NCBI GenBank assembly: GCA_014384505.1
Contig: JACNFT010000040.1
Span: 1-37,084 of the forward strand
Direction of reading: 5' to 3'
Length of the DNA: 37,084 nucleotides
Source: Cryomorphaceae bacterium
GTDB taxonomy: Bacteria; Bacteroidota; Bacteroidia; Flavobacteriales; BACL11
The position numbers and the translations under genes were made by a program. The notes under the pieces were generated by a model. That model was not told the DNA's origin, did not search any database, and was given only the letters and a program-made list of their open reading frames with translations. The stretch's first letter is position 1, and every line of letters starts with the position of its first letter. Positions 1 to 9,627 of this stretch are shown here, piece after piece.

Positions 1-258
1 TAATCCTTAGCTTTTTAAAGTTTCGCTAGTTTATAAAAGCAATAAACCAACTATCCTGATTTTGATTATGCCTCAAGATTTATAGGAGACAGGAAGTCCT
101 ATAAAAGAGACAAAAGCTTACGTAATTATATAAATTAGGCAGCTAAAGCGTAGTTATACTCGCCAATTAAAAAATTGAATTTTGATATTTACGAGCCAAA
201 ACACAATGCTCGACATGCTTACTACAAAACGCACTTGCAGTCAAATCCAGTCAGCCCC
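1..258 (-). ncRNA. ssrA: tmRNA (SsrA), 5' portion only; the 3' part lies beyond the window start
   Basis: The reverse complement of 251-258 reads GGGGCTGA and continues CTGGATTTGAC, the canonical tmRNA 5' acceptor start. The reverse complement of 135-164 reads GGC GAG TAT AAC TAC GCT TTA GCT GCC TAA, giving tag peptide GEYNYALAA-stop, a typical ...YALAA proteolysis tag. No T-arm or CCA end is visible, so the gene is truncated by the window edge. Confidence 0.9.
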
Positions 259-278
259 AATAAATTAATGAACAAGTG

Positions 279-286
279 CAAAATTA
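279..286 (-). promoter_or_regulatory. Candidate Bacteroidota -7 promoter element (TAATTTTG on the minus strand) upstream of ssrA
   Basis: Plus-strand CAAAATTA at 279-286 is TAATTTTG on the minus strand and matches TAnnTTTG. It lies about 20 nt upstream of the mature tmRNA 5' end, which fits a short processed leader. No clear -33 TTTG at canonical spacing. Confidence 0.3.
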
Positions 287-318
287 CAAAAATGACTAGT
301 TAAGTCTTCTTCTTTTTT

Positions 319-326
319 TACTTTTG
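319..326 (+). promoter_or_regulatory. Candidate -7 promoter element (TACTTTTG) for the downstream AlaDH/PNT-family gene
   Basis: TACTTTTG matches TAnnTTTG and ends 22 nt before the ATG at 348. It overlaps the TTG at 324 used by the ORF track, which favours the ATG at 348 as the true start. Confidence 0.35.
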
Positions 327-347
327 TTTTTCAAACATTATAGCATT

Positions 348-1550
348 ATGAAGATAGGAGTTTTAAAAGAAGAAAAAGTACCTGCCGATAAGCGTGTTCC
401 TTTAACACCCAAGCAATGTAGACTGCTACTAGATACTTATCCAGACATTGAAATTTCAGTGAAAAGTAGCCCTATAAGATGTTTTTCAGATGCTATGTAT
501 ATTGCTGAGGGAATTGATGTTGTTGATGATTTAAATGATTGTGATGTGTTAATAGGAGTGAAGGAAGTGCCAAAAGAATCACTAATTGCTAATAAAACTT
601 ATTTATATTTTTCCCATACCATAAAAGAACAGTTTTATAATAGAGAATTGCTATTGAAAATGATTGAACTTAATATAAGTATGGTTGATTATGAAGAGTT
701 AAGAAATAAGCAAGGAAAGCGCCTTTTAGGTTTTGGAAGATATGCAGGTATTGTGGGGGCTTATAATGGTTTTTTAACCTATGGTTTAAAATCAGGAAAG
801 TACAACTTGAAAGAAGCTCATAATTGTGAGGATAGAATTGAAATGGAGTCAGAAATTAGTAAAATTAAACTAAGTAATGAAAAAATTATAGTTACTGGAA
901 ATGGTAGGGTAGGGAATGGTATTATGGAAATTATGGAAAAGTCAAATATTAGAGAGGTTTCAAAATTAGAATTCATTCAAGATACTTTTAATGAAGCTGT
1001 TTTTGTGCATTTAAATACCATGGACTATAATGTTAAAAAAGATGGAAGTATTACTGTAAAGCAAGAGTTTTATAGTAATCCTGAATTGTTTAAGTCAACC
1101 TTTATGCACTATGCCATACATGCTGATATTTTTATTGCAGGACATTATTATAGTTCTGGTTCTCCTTTCTTATTTACTAGAGAGGATGCTAAGAGTCCAG
1201 ACTTTAATCTGAAAGTTGTAGCAGATGTTTCTTGTGATATTAATGGGCCTGTTGCTTCTACAATTAAACCTTCAACTATTGCTAATCCAATCTATGGATA
1301 TGATAAACAATCAGAACAAGAAATAGATTTTAGAGATGAGGGTGCAATTGCTGTTATGGCAGTTGATAATTTGCCATGTGAGTTACCAAAAGATGCTTCT
1401 GAGGATTTTGGTAATGAGATGCTAGCTAAAATTATCCCTTCTTTATTAATTAGTGATGATGAGCATATTATTGCTAATGCAACTATATGTAAGGCTGGTG
1501 ATTTAACTCAAAATTTTGAATACTTAAGAAATTACGTTAATGGAAATTAA
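348..1550 (+). CDS. AlaDH/PNT-fold NAD(P)-dependent dehydrogenase, saccharopine dehydrogenase-like
   Basis: The N-terminus MKIGVLKEEKVPADKRVPLTPKQ and the overall layout match the alanine dehydrogenase / transhydrogenase / saccharopine dehydrogenase (L-lysine-forming) fold family. Start moved to ATG 348 (M9 of the track ORF). Substrate not determinable from sequence. Confidence 0.6.
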   Translation: MKIGVLKEEKVPADKRVPLTPKQCRLLLDTYPDIEISVKSSPIRCFSDAMYIAEGIDVVDDLNDCDVLIGVKEVPKESLIANKTYLYFSHTIKEQFYNRELLLKMIELNISMVDYEELRNKQGKRLLGFGRYAGIVGAYNGFLTYGLKSGKYNLKEAHNCEDRIEMESEISKIKLSNEKIIVTGNGRVGNGIMEIMEKSNIREVSKLEFIQDTFNEAVFVHLNTMDYNVKKDGSITVKQEFYSNPELFKSTFMHYAIHADIFIAGHYYSSGSPFLFTREDAKSPDFNLKVVADVSCDINGPVASTIKPSTIANPIYGYDKQSEQEIDFRDEGAIAVMAVDNLPCELPKDASEDFGNEMLAKIIPSLLISDDEHIIANATICKAGDLTQNFEYLRNYVNGN

Positions 1551-2197
1551 ATTGCTTTTAAGTCAGCAATAGTTTGCGTAGGATTATCTGATTTAAATAT
1601 AAAGCTTCCTGCAACTAAAACATCAGCACCTGCATCTAATAATTTTTTTGCATTTGCAGATGTTACCCCACCATCAATTTCTATATGAGTATTTAAACCT
1701 TGATCATTAGCCATTTGTCTAAGTTTTTTTACTTTATTGTAAGTCATTTCTTCAAACTTTTGACCGCCAAATCCTGGATTTATTGACATTAATAAAACCA
1801 TATAACATTTAGGTAAAATATCTTCCAAAACACTAACTGGAGTTGTTAAGTTTAAAACTACACCAGCTTTACATCCCGCGTCTTTAATCTGAGTAAGTGT
1901 CCTATGTAAATGCACTGTTGATTCGTAATGTACGGTAATGATATCAGCACCAACTTTTGCGAACTCCTCAATATAGCGTTCTGGCTTTTCTATCATAAGG
2001 TGTACATCAAGTGGTTTTGTTGCGTGTTTTTTTATAGCCTGTATTACTGGCATTCCATAAGATATATTCGGTACAAAATGACCATCCATTACATCAATAT
2101 GAAACCAATCAGCTTGGCTATTATTTATCATTTCGCAATCTCGTTGAAGGTTTCCAAAATCGGCCGCTAATATTGACGGTGCTATTTTATGTGACAT
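1547..2197 (-). CDS. rpe: Ribulose-phosphate 3-epimerase
   Basis: IAPSILAADFGNL ... HIDVMDGHFVPNISYG ... MSINPGFGGQKF ... IEIDGG are hallmark Rpe motifs; 216 aa is the typical length. Confidence 0.95.
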   Translation of the reverse strand: MSHKIAPSILAADFGNLQRDCEMINNSQADWFHIDVMDGHFVPNISYGMPVIQAIKKHATKPLDVHLMIEKPERYIEEFAKVGADIITVHYESTVHLHRTLTQIKDAGCKAGVVLNLTTPVSVLEDILPKCYMVLLMSINPGFGGQKFEEMTYNKVKKLRQMANDQGLNTHIEIDGGVTSANAKKLLDAGADVLVAGSFIFKSDNPTQTIADLKAI

Positions 2198-2212
2198 GTA
2201 ATTATTTTTTGG

Positions 2213-2220
2213 TAAATATA
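2213..2220 (-). promoter_or_regulatory. Near-consensus -7 element (TATATTTA on the minus strand) between the rpoD terminator and rpe
   Basis: Plus-strand TAAATATA at 2213-2220 is TATATTTA on the minus strand, one mismatch from TAnnTTTG (final A instead of G). It sits between the terminator hairpin and the rpe ATG at 2197. Confidence 0.25.
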
Positions 2221-2224
2221 GGTA

Positions 2225-2253
2225 ATAAAAAAGAGGGCTAATAGCCCTCTTTT
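2225..2253 (-). terminator. Rho-independent terminator downstream of rpoD (symmetric, potentially bidirectional)
   Basis: AAGAGGGCT (2231-2239) pairs with AGCCCTCTT (2243-2251) around a 3-nt loop. An A-run flanks one side and a T-run the other, so the minus-strand RNA has a GC-rich stem followed by a U-tract, a few nt after the rpoD stop. Confidence 0.8.
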
Positions 2254-2256
2254 AAT

Positions 2257-3120
2257 TTATCCTAAATAAGTTTTTAAGATTTTACTCCTTGAGGTTTGTT
2301 TTAGCCTCCTAACTGCTTTTTCTTTAATCTGTCTTACTCTCTCTCTTGTTAAATCAAATTTCTCGCCAATTTCTTCAAGTGTCATGGCATGTCCTCCGTT
2401 TAATCCAAAGTAAGAAGAAATAACATCAGCCTCTCTAGGTGTCAAAGTATCTAGAGCTCTTCTTATTTCCTCTCTTAATGATTCTAACATTAACTCAGCA
2501 TCAGGATTTGGACTTTCTTCAGAACCCATTACATCATATAAGTTACTATCTTCTCCTTCAATTAATGGAGCATCCATAGATACATGTCTTCCTGTATTCT
2601 TAAGGGATTGTTTAACTTCAGTAAGTGAAAGTTCAACTAAATCTGCAATTTCTTCAGCAGTTGGTGGACGTTCAAATTGTTGCTCCAAAACTGCATAAGC
2701 TTTGTTGATTTTATTGATTGACCCAATTTTATTAAGTGGTAATCGTACAATACGAGATTGTTCAGCTAAAGCTTGTAAAATTGATTGGCGAATCCACCAA
2801 ACAGCATATGAGATAAATTTAAATCCTCTTGTTTCGTCAAAACGCTTTGCAGCCTTTATCAGTCCAAGATTCCCTTCATTAATTAAATCAGGTAAAGTTA
2901 ATCCTTGATTTTGATATTGTTTAGCAACTGAAACTACAAATCGTAAATTTGCTTTGGTTAACTTCTCAAGAGCTCTTTGGTCACCAGCTTTAATTTTTTG
3001 TGCTAATTCTACTTCCTCTTCAGCAGTAATTAAATCGACCCTTCCAATTTCTTGTAAGTATTTGTCAAGTGATGCAGTTTCTCTATTGGTAACCTGCTTT
3101 GTAATTTTTAGTTGTCTCAT
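2257..3120 (-). CDS. rpoD: Primary RNA polymerase sigma factor (sigma-70 family, compact Bacteroidota SigA type)
   Basis: Regions 2-4 are recognisable: [35 protein letters not shown] (region 2), and [23 protein letters not shown] (region 4.2 HTH). A length of 287 aa is typical of Bacteroidota primary sigma factors. Confidence 0.9.
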   Translation of the reverse strand: MRQLKITKQVTNRETASLDKYLQEIGRVDLITAEEEVELAQKIKAGDQRALEKLTKANLRFVVSVAKQYQNQGLTLPDLINEGNLGLIKAAKRFDETRGFKFISYAVWWIRQSILQALAEQSRIVRLPLNKIGSINKINKAYAVLEQQFERPPTAEEIADLVELSLTEVKQSLKNTGRHVSMDAPLIEGEDSNLYDVMGSEESPNPDAELMLESLREEIRRALDTLTPREADVISSYFGLNGGHAMTLEEIGEKFDLTRERVRQIKEKAVRRLKQTSRSKILKTYLG

Positions 3121-3197
3121 CTGAATTTTTTTAGTTATTAAACTTTTGCAGAATCCTTATACGGATGGTTTTGCGAAAGGTTACATTATTTAAAAAA

Positions 3198-5333
3198 TTA
3201 TTTTGTTTGTTTTTCTGGCTTAGGTAAAAGTACTTTTCTTGATAATTTTAATTTACCACTTCTTTCGTCTATAGCAATTAATTTTACCTCAATAGTATCT
3301 CCTTCCTTAAGTACATCTTCAACATTGTCAACTCTTTCCCAAGCTAACTCAGAAATATGAACTAAACCGTCAGTATTTGGTGAAATTCCAATAAATGCTC
3401 CATAAGGCATTATTGATTTTACCTTTCCTTTATAGATTGCTCCAATTTCAGGCATAAAGGCAATTGATTTTATTTGTTCTACTGCTAAATCAATTTTTTC
3501 TTGATCAGTTCCTAAAATTTCAACAACACCCATATTATCTATCTCTTCAATAGAAATTTTAGTTTCAGTTGATGCTTGCAATTCTTGAATAATTTTTCCT
3601 CCTGGTCCAATAATCCCACCAATAGTAGATTTTGGTACCTTTAATACAACAATCTTAGGTGTTTGAGGTTTTAACTGAACTCTTGGTTCTGCAATTGTCT
3701 CAATAATTTTGCCTAAAATATGTAATCTTCCTTCTCTTGCTTGGTTTAGGGCTTTATCTAAAATTTCATAAGATAATCCTTGTACTTTAATATCCATTTG
3801 ACATGCAGTAATACCATCAGCAGTACCACAGATTTTAAAGTCCATATCTCCTAAATGATCTTCATCACCTAAAATATCAGAAAGTACAGCATAGTTATTT
3901 GGATCTTTTTCATCAGAAATTAATCCCATTGCAATACCAGAAACTGGTTTTTGAATTTTAATTCCTGCATCCATAAGTGCCATAGTACCTGCACAAACTG
4001 TTGCCATTGAAGATGATCCGTTTGATTCTAAAATATCAGAAACAATACGTACTGTATAAGGATTGTCAGCAGGAATCATCTTTTTCAATGCTCTTTGTGC
4101 TAAATTTCCATGACCAATTTCTCTTCTACTTACATTAAATTTCATTCTAGCTTCTCCTGTAGAAAAAGGAGGGAAGTTGTAGTGTAAATAGAAACTTTCA
4201 TGTCCTTGATGAGTCACTCCATCCAAACGATTAACATCAGTAGCCGAACCTAAAGTTACAGTTGTTAATGATTGAGTTTCACCTCTTGTAAATAAAGCTG
4301 AACCATGTGGGCTATATAAATAATCTACTTCACACCAAATAGGTCTTATTTCTGTAGTTGCTCTTCCGTCTAATCTTTTTCCTTCTGCTAATACAAGATT
4401 TCTTATCGCTTCTTTTTCAACATCATGGTAATATACACCAATTAATTTCGAATCATATTTTTCAACTTCATTCTCTGATAAGCCTGCAATCCAATCTGTT
4501 TTTACAGCTTTAAATTTAACTGATCTTTCATCTTTACCTAAACCTTCATTAGCTACAGCATAAATAGCATCATAGGTGTCTGCCTTAATTTTAGCTTTTA
4601 AATCTGCATCATGATTTTCATGACAGTATTCTCTCTTATCAGCTGAAACACCAACCTTAGCAGCTAATTCTAATTGTGCAGCACATTGTACTTTAATTGC
4701 TTCATGACCAATTTTAATTGCTTCAATCATTTCTGCTTCTGAAACTTCACTCATTTCTCCTTCCACCATAGCTACACTATCAGCTGATGCTCCAACCATA
4801 AGGTCAATATCTGCATTTACTAATTCTGCTGATGAAGGGTTGATTATAAAACTTCCATCAATTCTTGCTACTCTACACTCTGAAATAGGTCCGTTAAAAG
4901 GAATATCAGAAAGTGCAATTGCAGTTGAAGCAGCAAGTGCAGCTAAAGCATCAGGTTTTACGTTAGGGTCATGTGAATTTAAAGATATCATAATTTGTAC
5001 CTCAGCATGATAATCACTAGGAAACATAGGTCTTAATATTCTGTCAACCAAACGCATTACTAATATTTCTTGGTCAGTTGGTCTTCCTTCTCTTTTTAAG
5101 AATCCTCCAGGGAATCTTCCGTCAGCAGCAAATTTCTCTCTATAATCTACTGTTAAAGGTAAAAAATCTACTCCTTCTCTAGCTTCAAAGCTAGAAACTA
5201 CAGTTGCAAGCATATGAGTATTACCCATTCTTAATTCAACTGATCCGTGTGCTTGTTTCGCTAATTTTCCTGTTGAGATAGTAATCTCTCTACCGTCTGG
5301 TAGTGTAATAATTTGTTTTTCTTCTTTTATCAT
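3198..5333 (-). CDS. pnp: Polyribonucleotide nucleotidyltransferase (PNPase)
   Basis: Two RNase PH domains plus KH and S1 domains (C-terminal [29 protein letters not shown]). Start set at ATG 5333 (MIKEEKQI...), because the track extension to 5369 begins at a TTG inside the rpsO terminator stem. Confidence 0.95.
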   Translation of the reverse strand: MIKEEKQIITLPDGREITISTGKLAKQAHGSVELRMGNTHMLATVVSSFEAREGVDFLPLTVDYREKFAADGRFPGGFLKREGRPTDQEILVMRLVDRILRPMFPSDYHAEVQIMISLNSHDPNVKPDALAALAASTAIALSDIPFNGPISECRVARIDGSFIINPSSAELVNADIDLMVGASADSVAMVEGEMSEVSEAEMIEAIKIGHEAIKVQCAAQLELAAKVGVSADKREYCHENHDADLKAKIKADTYDAIYAVANEGLGKDERSVKFKAVKTDWIAGLSENEVEKYDSKLIGVYYHDVEKEAIRNLVLAEGKRLDGRATTEIRPIWCEVDYLYSPHGSALFTRGETQSLTTVTLGSATDVNRLDGVTHQGHESFYLHYNFPPFSTGEARMKFNVSRREIGHGNLAQRALKKMIPADNPYTVRIVSDILESNGSSSMATVCAGTMALMDAGIKIQKPVSGIAMGLISDEKDPNNYAVLSDILGDEDHLGDMDFKICGTADGITACQMDIKVQGLSYEILDKALNQAREGRLHILGKIIETIAEPRVQLKPQTPKIVVLKVPKSTIGGIIGPGGKIIQELQASTETKISIEEIDNMGVVEILGTDQEKIDLAVEQIKSIAFMPEIGAIYKGKVKSIMPYGAFIGISPNTDGLVHISELAWERVDNVEDVLKEGDTIEVKLIAIDERSGKLKLSRKVLLPKPEKQTK

Positions 5334-5358
5334 CTTGTCTTCTTTGTTTATAAAAATT

Positions 5359-5383
5359 AAAAAAGGCAATAAAAATATTGCCT
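5359..5383 (-). terminator. Rho-independent terminator/attenuator hairpin between rpsO and pnp
   Basis: AGGCAATA (5364-5371) pairs with TATTGCCT (5376-5383) around loop AAAA. On the minus strand the stem is followed by a U-run (plus-strand A-run up to 5364). It sits between the rpsO stop (5407) and the pnp start (5333). Confidence 0.8.
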
Positions 5384-5406
5384 TTTTTGTAGTTTGTCTT
5401 TTTGTT

Positions 5407-5676
5407 TTATCTTCTAAGACCTAAATTTTTCACTAGTTCTCTGTATTTCAAAATATCTTTACCTTTTAAATAGTCTAGTAATTTCCTTCTCTTACCAACC
5501 ATTAGTTGTAATGATCTTTGCGTTCCGTAATCTTTACGATTTAATTTTAGGTGCTCAGTTAAATCTGAAATTTTCTTAGTAAATAAGGCTACTTGAGAGT
5601 GAACTGATCCCGAATCTTTGGCATCATTACCAAATTCTTTGAAAATGTTTTCTTTGTCTTGTGTTGTTAAGCTCAT
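5407..5676 (-). CDS. rpsO: 30S ribosomal protein S15
   Basis: 89 aa with [48 protein letters not shown], the classic S15 sequence. The rpsO-pnp order is conserved. Confidence 0.95.
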   Translation of the reverse strand: MSLTTQDKENIFKEFGNDAKDSGSVHSQVALFTKKISDLTEHLKLNRKDYGTQRSLQLMVGKRRKLLDYLKGKDILKYRELVKNLGLRR

Positions 5677-5712
5677 GTTTTTCTATTTAAAACCACTTTA
5701 ATTTATGGGCTG

Positions 5713-5720
5713 CAAATTTA
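5713..5720 (-). promoter_or_regulatory. Candidate -7 promoter element (TAAATTTG on the minus strand) for rpsO
   Basis: Plus-strand CAAATTTA at 5713-5720 is TAAATTTG on the minus strand, an exact TAnnTTTG match about 37 nt upstream of the rpsO ATG. Confidence 0.4.
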
Positions 5721-5758
5721 CTAAACTAATTGAATAATAAACCCTTTTAAAATAGAAT

Positions 5759-6604
5759 TTATTTTTTAATAATTCTGAATAGCTGTGCCAGTTTTTCTTT
5801 AAGGTCTTTTCTGTCAACTATAAAGTCAAGAAATCCATGCTCTTGTAGGAACTCTGAGGTTTGAAATCCTTCAGGCAAATCTTTTCCAATAGTTTCTTTT
5901 ACTACTTTAGGCCCTGCAAAACCAATTAAAGCATTTGGTTCAGCAATATTCATATCCCCTAACATAGAAAATGATGCAGTAGCACCACCAAACGTAGGGT
6001 CGGTACATAAAGAGATGTAAGGTAATCCTGCCTTACTTAATTGAGCTAGTTTAGCTGATGTTTTTGCCAATTGCATTAAGGAAATACCAGCTTCCATCAT
6101 TCTTGCTCCTCCTGATTTGGAGATGATAAGCATTGGATGTTTATTTTCACGAGCATAATCAATTGCTCTGGCAATTTTCTCACCTACAACTGAACCCATT
6201 GACCCTCCAATAAATGTGAAATCCATTGCTGCAATAACAACTATATTTCCTTTTATTTTACCATGTGCAGTTCTAACAGCATCTTTTAGACCTGTTTTTT
6301 TTTGCATATCTTTTATTCTTTCAGGATACTTCTTTTTATCCTTAAATTTCAAAGGGTCTAAGGATGTCATTTCTTTATCTAACTCTGTGAATTTATTGTT
6401 ATCAAATAAAATTTCAAAATATTCGGCTGAACCTATTCTGTTATGGTAGTTACAGTTAATGCAGCAATGAAGATTTTTTTTATGTTCTTCTGTAGTAACT
6501 ATCGTTTTACATTTAGGACACTTGCTCCATAGTCCGTCTGGAGTTTCTTTTTTTTCATGTGTGGAAGTAGTAATTCCCTCCTTTATTCTATTAAACCAAC
6601 CCAT
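5759..6604 (-). CDS. accD: Acetyl-CoA carboxylase carboxyltransferase subunit beta
   Basis: N-terminal Zn finger CPKCKTIV...CCINCNYH followed by a carboxyltransferase domain ([33 protein letters not shown]). Confidence 0.93.
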   Translation of the reverse strand: MGWFNRIKEGITTSTHEKKETPDGLWSKCPKCKTIVTTEEHKKNLHCCINCNYHNRIGSAEYFEILFDNNKFTELDKEMTSLDPLKFKDKKKYPERIKDMQKKTGLKDAVRTAHGKIKGNIVVIAAMDFTFIGGSMGSVVGEKIARAIDYARENKHPMLIISKSGGARMMEAGISLMQLAKTSAKLAQLSKAGLPYISLCTDPTFGGATASFSMLGDMNIAEPNALIGFAGPKVVKETIGKDLPEGFQTSEFLQEHGFLDFIVDRKDLKEKLAQLFRIIKK

Positions 6605-6606
6605 AA

Positions 6607-7674
6607 TTATGCGTTTGTATTTATGTTATTTAAATCGTTAAATGATTGAGTCAATCTAGCTTTAAATGTTAACTCACCAGCTCTATTATAAGTTCTAGGA
6701 TCATAGTATTTTTTATTTGGCTTTTCTTCTCCTTCAGGATTTCCGATTTGAGTTTTAACATAATCATTATTTGCTAAAAAATAATCTCTAACTCCCTCAG
6801 TGAATCCCCATTGTAAATCGGTATCAATATTCATTTTAATAACTCCATAGCCAATTGCTTCAGTAATTTCTGCTTGACTAGAACCTGAGCCGCCATGAAA
6901 TACAAAGTTAATTGGTTGCTTTTCAGTACCGAATTTTTCTTCAATGAATTTTTGTGAATTGTCAAGTATTTTTGGGGTAAGAACTACATTACCTGGTTTG
7001 TAAACGCCATGGACATTTCCAAAAGCAGCAGCTACTGTAAATTTATTACTTATCTTCATAAGTTCTTCATAAGCATAAGCCACTTCTTCAGGTTGAGTGT
7101 ATAGTTTTGAGACGTCAATATCAGTATTGTCTACTCCATCTTCCTCTCCACCTGTAATCCCTAATTCAATTTCTAAAGTCATGCCAATTGCACTCATTCT
7201 TTTCAAGTATTTTTTACATAACTCAATATTTTCTTCTATAGGTTCTTCTGATAAATCAATCATGTGTGAAGAATACAATGGTTTTCCATGTGCAGCATAA
7301 AATTCTTCACCCGCTTCTAATAACCCATCAATCCAAGGTAATAGTTTTTTTGCAGCATGGTCAGTATGTAAAATTATACTTGCTCCATAAAGTTCCGCCA
7401 TTTGGTGTACGTGCACAGCACCTGAAATTCCTCCAGCAATTGCTGCTTCTTCATCTATATTAGACAACCCTTTTCCAGCATAAAAATGACATCCTCCATT
7501 TGAAAACTGAATTATTGCAGGTGCGTTAAGTTCTGCAGCGGTTTCCAACACTGCATTTACTGTGCTTGTATTGCTTACATTTATTGCTGGTAACGCATAT
7601 TTATTTAGTTTTGCATCAGCAAAAACTTCTTGTAATTGGTCTCCTGTTAATACTCCAGCTGCAAATTTTGACAT
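6607..7674 (-). CDS. fbaA: Class II fructose-bisphosphate aldolase
   Basis: 355 aa with [52 protein letters not shown] and VFHGGSGS motifs of class IIa FBA. Confidence 0.93.
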   Translation of the reverse strand: MSKFAAGVLTGDQLQEVFADAKLNKYALPAINVSNTSTVNAVLETAAELNAPAIIQFSNGGCHFYAGKGLSNIDEEAAIAGGISGAVHVHQMAELYGASIILHTDHAAKKLLPWIDGLLEAGEEFYAAHGKPLYSSHMIDLSEEPIEENIELCKKYLKRMSAIGMTLEIELGITGGEEDGVDNTDIDVSKLYTQPEEVAYAYEELMKISNKFTVAAAFGNVHGVYKPGNVVLTPKILDNSQKFIEEKFGTEKQPINFVFHGGSGSSQAEITEAIGYGVIKMNIDTDLQWGFTEGVRDYFLANNDYVKTQIGNPEGEEKPNKKYYDPRTYNRAGELTFKARLTQSFNDLNNINTNA

Positions 7675-7780
7675 TAGGTTTTGAGTTTTTATTTAAGAGG
7701 GTAAAATTAGAAGATTGTTATGAATTTTAGCATAATTTTCTAATAATTTCATATTATTGATTGTAATTAAAATAAAATAA

Positions 7781-8503
7781 GTGATTTCAAAAAATCAGAT
7801 CAAGTTTATTAAGAGTTTATCTCTTAAAAAGAATAGGGTAAAGGCACAATTATTTGTTGCAGAGGGTGAAAAGATTGTAAATGAATTGTTGAATTCAAAT
7901 TTAGAAATTGAACATATTTATGCTACAAAACAATTTTCTGCTATAAATAGATGTCAAAAATCAGCTATAACTTTGATTACTAATGATGAGTTATTAAGGA
8001 TAAGCAACTTGACTTCACCAAACAATGTTTTGGCTATTGTTAAGATTAGTCAAAAAGAATCAGAAAAAAGTGGTGGAATTAAGCTAGTACTAGATGATGT
8101 AAATGATCCTGGAAATTTAGGAACAATAATTCGAATGTGCGATTGGTTTGGTGTTACACAACTTATTTGTTCAAACAGTACTGTAGATTGCTATAATGCT
8201 AAGGTAGTTCAATCGGCTATGGGTTCTTTGTTTAAGCTTGATATTAAGTATTTGGACTTAGCTACTTATTTAGCTGATATTGATACACCAATTTATGGTG
8301 CTTATATGAATGGTGTTGATGTTAAGGGGCAAGAATTTCCTAAGCAGGCTCATCTTATTATGGGAAATGAAGCGAATGGTATATCGGAATCAATTAGTAA
8401 ATATATTACGAATAAAGTATCAATTAAAAACATTGGGGGAAATACAGAATCATTGAATGTTGCAGTGGCTACTTCAATATTATTGCATGAATTTTGCTCT
8501 TAA
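7781..8503 (+). CDS. TrmH/SpoU-family RNA 2'-O-methyltransferase
   Basis: C-terminal SPOUT motifs (LDDVNDPGNLGTIIRMCDWFG, LIMGNEANGIS, SLNVAVATSILLHE). GTG start at 7781 as in the track. Confidence 0.8.
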   Translation: MISKNQIKFIKSLSLKKNRVKAQLFVAEGEKIVNELLNSNLEIEHIYATKQFSAINRCQKSAITLITNDELLRISNLTSPNNVLAIVKISQKESEKSGGIKLVLDDVNDPGNLGTIIRMCDWFGVTQLICSNSTVDCYNAKVVQSAMGSLFKLDIKYLDLATYLADIDTPIYGAYMNGVDVKGQEFPKQAHLIMGNEANGISESISKYITNKVSIKNIGGNTESLNVAVATSILLHEFCS

Positions 8504-8778
8504 TTCCTTTTTAATTTGTACTGATCCTCCCATCTTAATCCCTCCCAACCACATTCAGTACACGTATAACGCATACTATCAAAGATTGTGAAAGTTAGTT
8601 TGTTAATTATCCGATCTCTAGTTGTCCTTCTGACTCTATTCAAAGAAGAACTGCAATCAGGACAACAATTATTGCATTTTTCACAACTTTTTTTTCTTCC
8701 AATGTTCAAATATCGGAATATAAAAAGAATTAATACATAAAATAGTATTATAATAAATACTAGTAGAAAATGGTCCAT
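8500..8778 (-). CDS. Hypothetical membrane-anchored Cys-rich (zinc-ribbon-like) miniprotein
   Basis: The N-terminal hydrophobic helix (FLLVFIIILFYVLILFIF) is followed by CEKCNNCCPDC, a basic stretch (RVRRTTRDR) and a second CxxC (CTECGW). Its stop overlaps the trmH-family stop (TTAA at 8500-8503). No recognisable family. Confidence 0.5.
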   Translation of the reverse strand: MDHFLLVFIIILFYVLILFIFRYLNIGRKKSCEKCNNCCPDCSSSLNRVRRTTRDRIINKLTFTIFDSMRYTCTECGWEGLRWEDQYKLKRN

Positions 8779-8890
8779 AAAATATAATTAATCGTTTTTT
8801 TTACTTTTCATGGCTAAAAATAATAATAAAAATTAATTATGAGCTATTAATCTGTAATAAATTTAAAAAGAGATTGTTGTTATCTTTTTT

Positions 8891-9604
8891 TTATTCAAAA
8901 GTAAATGAAATCATCCATCCATTAGTGCTTAAATGATTTATGGATTGGGTGTAAACCGTTTCATCCTTTGAAAGAAGATTTAGGATTCCATATGAGAGCT
9001 TTATCTGAGGAGAGAATTTGAAATATTCTAAGTAAAAGTCAAATCCAAAACCAATTTCACCCATTAAGTCATTTTTCTTTAATTTTACTATTTCTTGCCC
9101 TTCATCATTTATTTTGTCTTGTGAGGCAACATCTATACTGTATTTTACACCTCCAATTACATAGGTTCTGAAATTGTTATATCGAGCAGATTTATATTTT
9201 ATATAGATAGGGAAATCAATTAAAGTAGATTCAATTCGTTTTACTCTTTCATCACTTACGCCATTGCTGTCAATAAAGCCATAATTCAAATTTCGCTCTC
9301 CAAAAACTAGAGTAGGAATAAAGCGTAAGTCGGTAAACTTCCCAATTCTAAGGTTAGATACTATCCCAAGATTAAATCCTTTTTGACTATTAGAAAGTAG
9401 GGTGAGTAAAGTGTCATTGGTTAGTGTGTTACTGCTTTTCTTAATATTAAAATTAAGTTCATTTATTCCAAGGGTAAATCCAAAATGCAATTTCTTAAAA
9501 TCATAATTTATCAGATTTTGAGGTTTTTTTCTCCTTTGTCCATAAGAGTTGCTAGCCCCTATAAATAAAAGTAATATAATAAAGTATTTAATTTGTTTCT
9601 GCAT
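8891..9604 (-). CDS. porT: Outer-membrane beta-barrel protein, PorT/SprT-like (T9SS-associated)
   Basis: Signal peptide with Gln after the cleavage site (SNSYG|Q), about 237 aa, alternating beta-strand pattern, and a C-terminal aromatic residue (...SFTFE). Its position directly downstream of ubiE matches the synteny I recall for Flavobacteriia porT/sprT. Assignment rests on size, pattern and synteny only. Confidence 0.6.
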   Translation of the reverse strand: MQKQIKYFIILLLFIGASNSYGQRRKKPQNLINYDFKKLHFGFTLGINELNFNIKKSSNTLTNDTLLTLLSNSQKGFNLGIVSNLRIGKFTDLRFIPTLVFGERNLNYGFIDSNGVSDERVKRIESTLIDFPIYIKYKSARYNNFRTYVIGGVKYSIDVASQDKINDEGQEIVKLKKNDLMGEIGFGFDFYLEYFKFSPQIKLSYGILNLLSKDETVYTQSINHLSTNGWMISFTFE

Positions 9605-9627
9605 TCAGCCCCTAAACGATAAGGATA

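Noticed and set aside
3121-3197. rpoD promoter in the rpoD-pnp spacer
   Set aside because: I found no TAnnTTTG match on the minus strand in this spacer and cannot support a specific promoter call.
5334-5369. Upstream extension of pnp (TTG at 5369), and likewise the OMT extension at 30453-30476
   Set aside because: Both extensions run into terminator hairpins of the upstream genes, and conserved N-termini begin at the internal ATGs.
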